From NCBI RefSeq assembly GCF_016127575.1, contig NZ_CP066018.1, positions 3,210,001 to 3,242,000 on the forward strand: a stretch of DNA of 32,000 bases. Direction: 5' to 3'. The notes under the pieces were generated by a model that was given only the letters and a program-made list of their open reading frames with translations, did not search any database and was not told the origin of the DNA. The stretch is from Cupriavidus necator. GTDB taxonomy: Bacteria > Pseudomonadota > Gammaproteobacteria > Burkholderiales > Burkholderiaceae. The position numbers and the translations under genes were made by a program. Below are positions 31,788 to 32,000 of the stretch, in pieces; positions within the stretch are counted from its first letter, which is position 1; each line of letters starts with the position of its first letter.

Positions 31788-31824
31788 GTGGCCGGAGACG
31801 CTGAGTCCCGGCCACGAATTTTTT
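31788..31824 (+). terminator. Second plus-strand terminator-like hairpin
   Basis: GTGGCCGG-N12-CCGGCCAC (31788-31815) followed by gaaTTTTTT. On the minus strand it is preceded by an A-run, so it is possibly bidirectional. Confidence 0.45.
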
Positions 31825-31850
31825 GAGGGGACACTCTTTTCTGTAGTTCC

Positions 31851-32000
31851 TTACATGCTGTGGTCAACGAGTCCATCGCGGTTGGTGATTCTCGCGCCAT
31901 CGGTGTACACGTCGCGCCTATCCGAGACTTTCGCCCCGTCTGAATAGACGTCAAACTTTGTGGTCTTGCCCCCATCGGAATATGGGTCTCGCGGCCCCAT
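31851..32000 (-). CDS. 3' end (or all) of a small ORF with D-x-Y-(S/T)-D-G repeats; function unknown
   Basis: My own translation gives MGPRDPYSDGGKTTKFDVYSDGAKVSDRRDVYTDGARITNRDGLVDHSM, with stop TAA at 31853-31851. It is open at the window edge and is followed by the minus-strand terminator. Confidence 0.4.
   Translation of the reverse strand: MGPRDPYSDGGKTTKFDVYSDGAKVSDRRDVYTDGARITNRDGLVDHSM

Noticed and set aside
1-32000. I searched for CRISPR arrays, IS elements or transposases, integrases, phage genes, toxin-antitoxin or defence-system genes, tRNA and rRNA.
   Set aside because: None was found. No spaced repeat arrays are present, no DDE or tyrosine-recombinase-like ORFs, and no cloverleaf-like segments. 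The only repeats are the short motifs listed in the features and findings. The rearrangements in 4800-9750 therefore have no visible mobile-element cause within the window.

Overview
This 32-kb window is high-GC DNA (about two-thirds G+C by eye) that looks chromosomal and Burkholderiales-like, possibly Cupriavidus/Ralstonia. That placement is an inference from composition, four Bug/TctC-family binding proteins and IclR/LysR-controlled acyl-CoA operons. I found no rRNA, tRNA, CRISPR array, transposase or integrase.

Layout:
(1) 1-4800 holds the 5' part of an RND-efflux adaptor gene (minus strand, runs off the left edge). It also holds a lipoprotein-like alpha/beta hydrolase, a Bug binding protein, a universal stress protein and a ferritin-like protein.
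(2) 4800-9750 is a decayed patchwork. It contains remnants of a CitT/DASS transporter, an LDH/MDH N-terminus, an SCPx-type thiolase, a MaoC hotdog pair and an acyl-CoA ligase tail. These surround one intact two-gene module of unknown function (6494-8130: a secreted tandem-repeat protein plus a 341-aa orphan).
(3) 9756-20114 is an IclR regulator divergent from a nine-gene operon. The operon encodes Bug, an MFE-2-type dehydrogenase, hydratase-2, an acyl-CoA ligase, an ACAD, a Cys-less thiolase-fold protein, a DUF35 protein, a second Bug and an alpha-methylacyl-CoA racemase.
(4) 20426-31615 is an Atu/Liu-like module that removes a methyl branch by carboxylation. It encodes the carboxyltransferase subunit, an ACAD, the biotin carboxylase/BCCP subunit, an AtuA-family protein and a Bug protein. 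A LysR regulator sits beside it, divergent from an enoyl-CoA hydratase and a family III CoA-transferase.
(5) 31616-32000 is a convergent termination zone plus the 3' end of a small repeat-containing ORF.

The best candidates for something new are the adjacency of a 2-methyl-branch module and a 3-methyl-branch module, forming a possible isoprenoid-type acid catabolic island fed by orphan TTT binding proteins. Next are the Cys-less thiolase/DUF35 pair (predicted aldolase) and the uncharacterised 6494-8130 gene pair sitting among pseudogene debris. All functional calls rest on by-eye motif recognition; no database search was possible.
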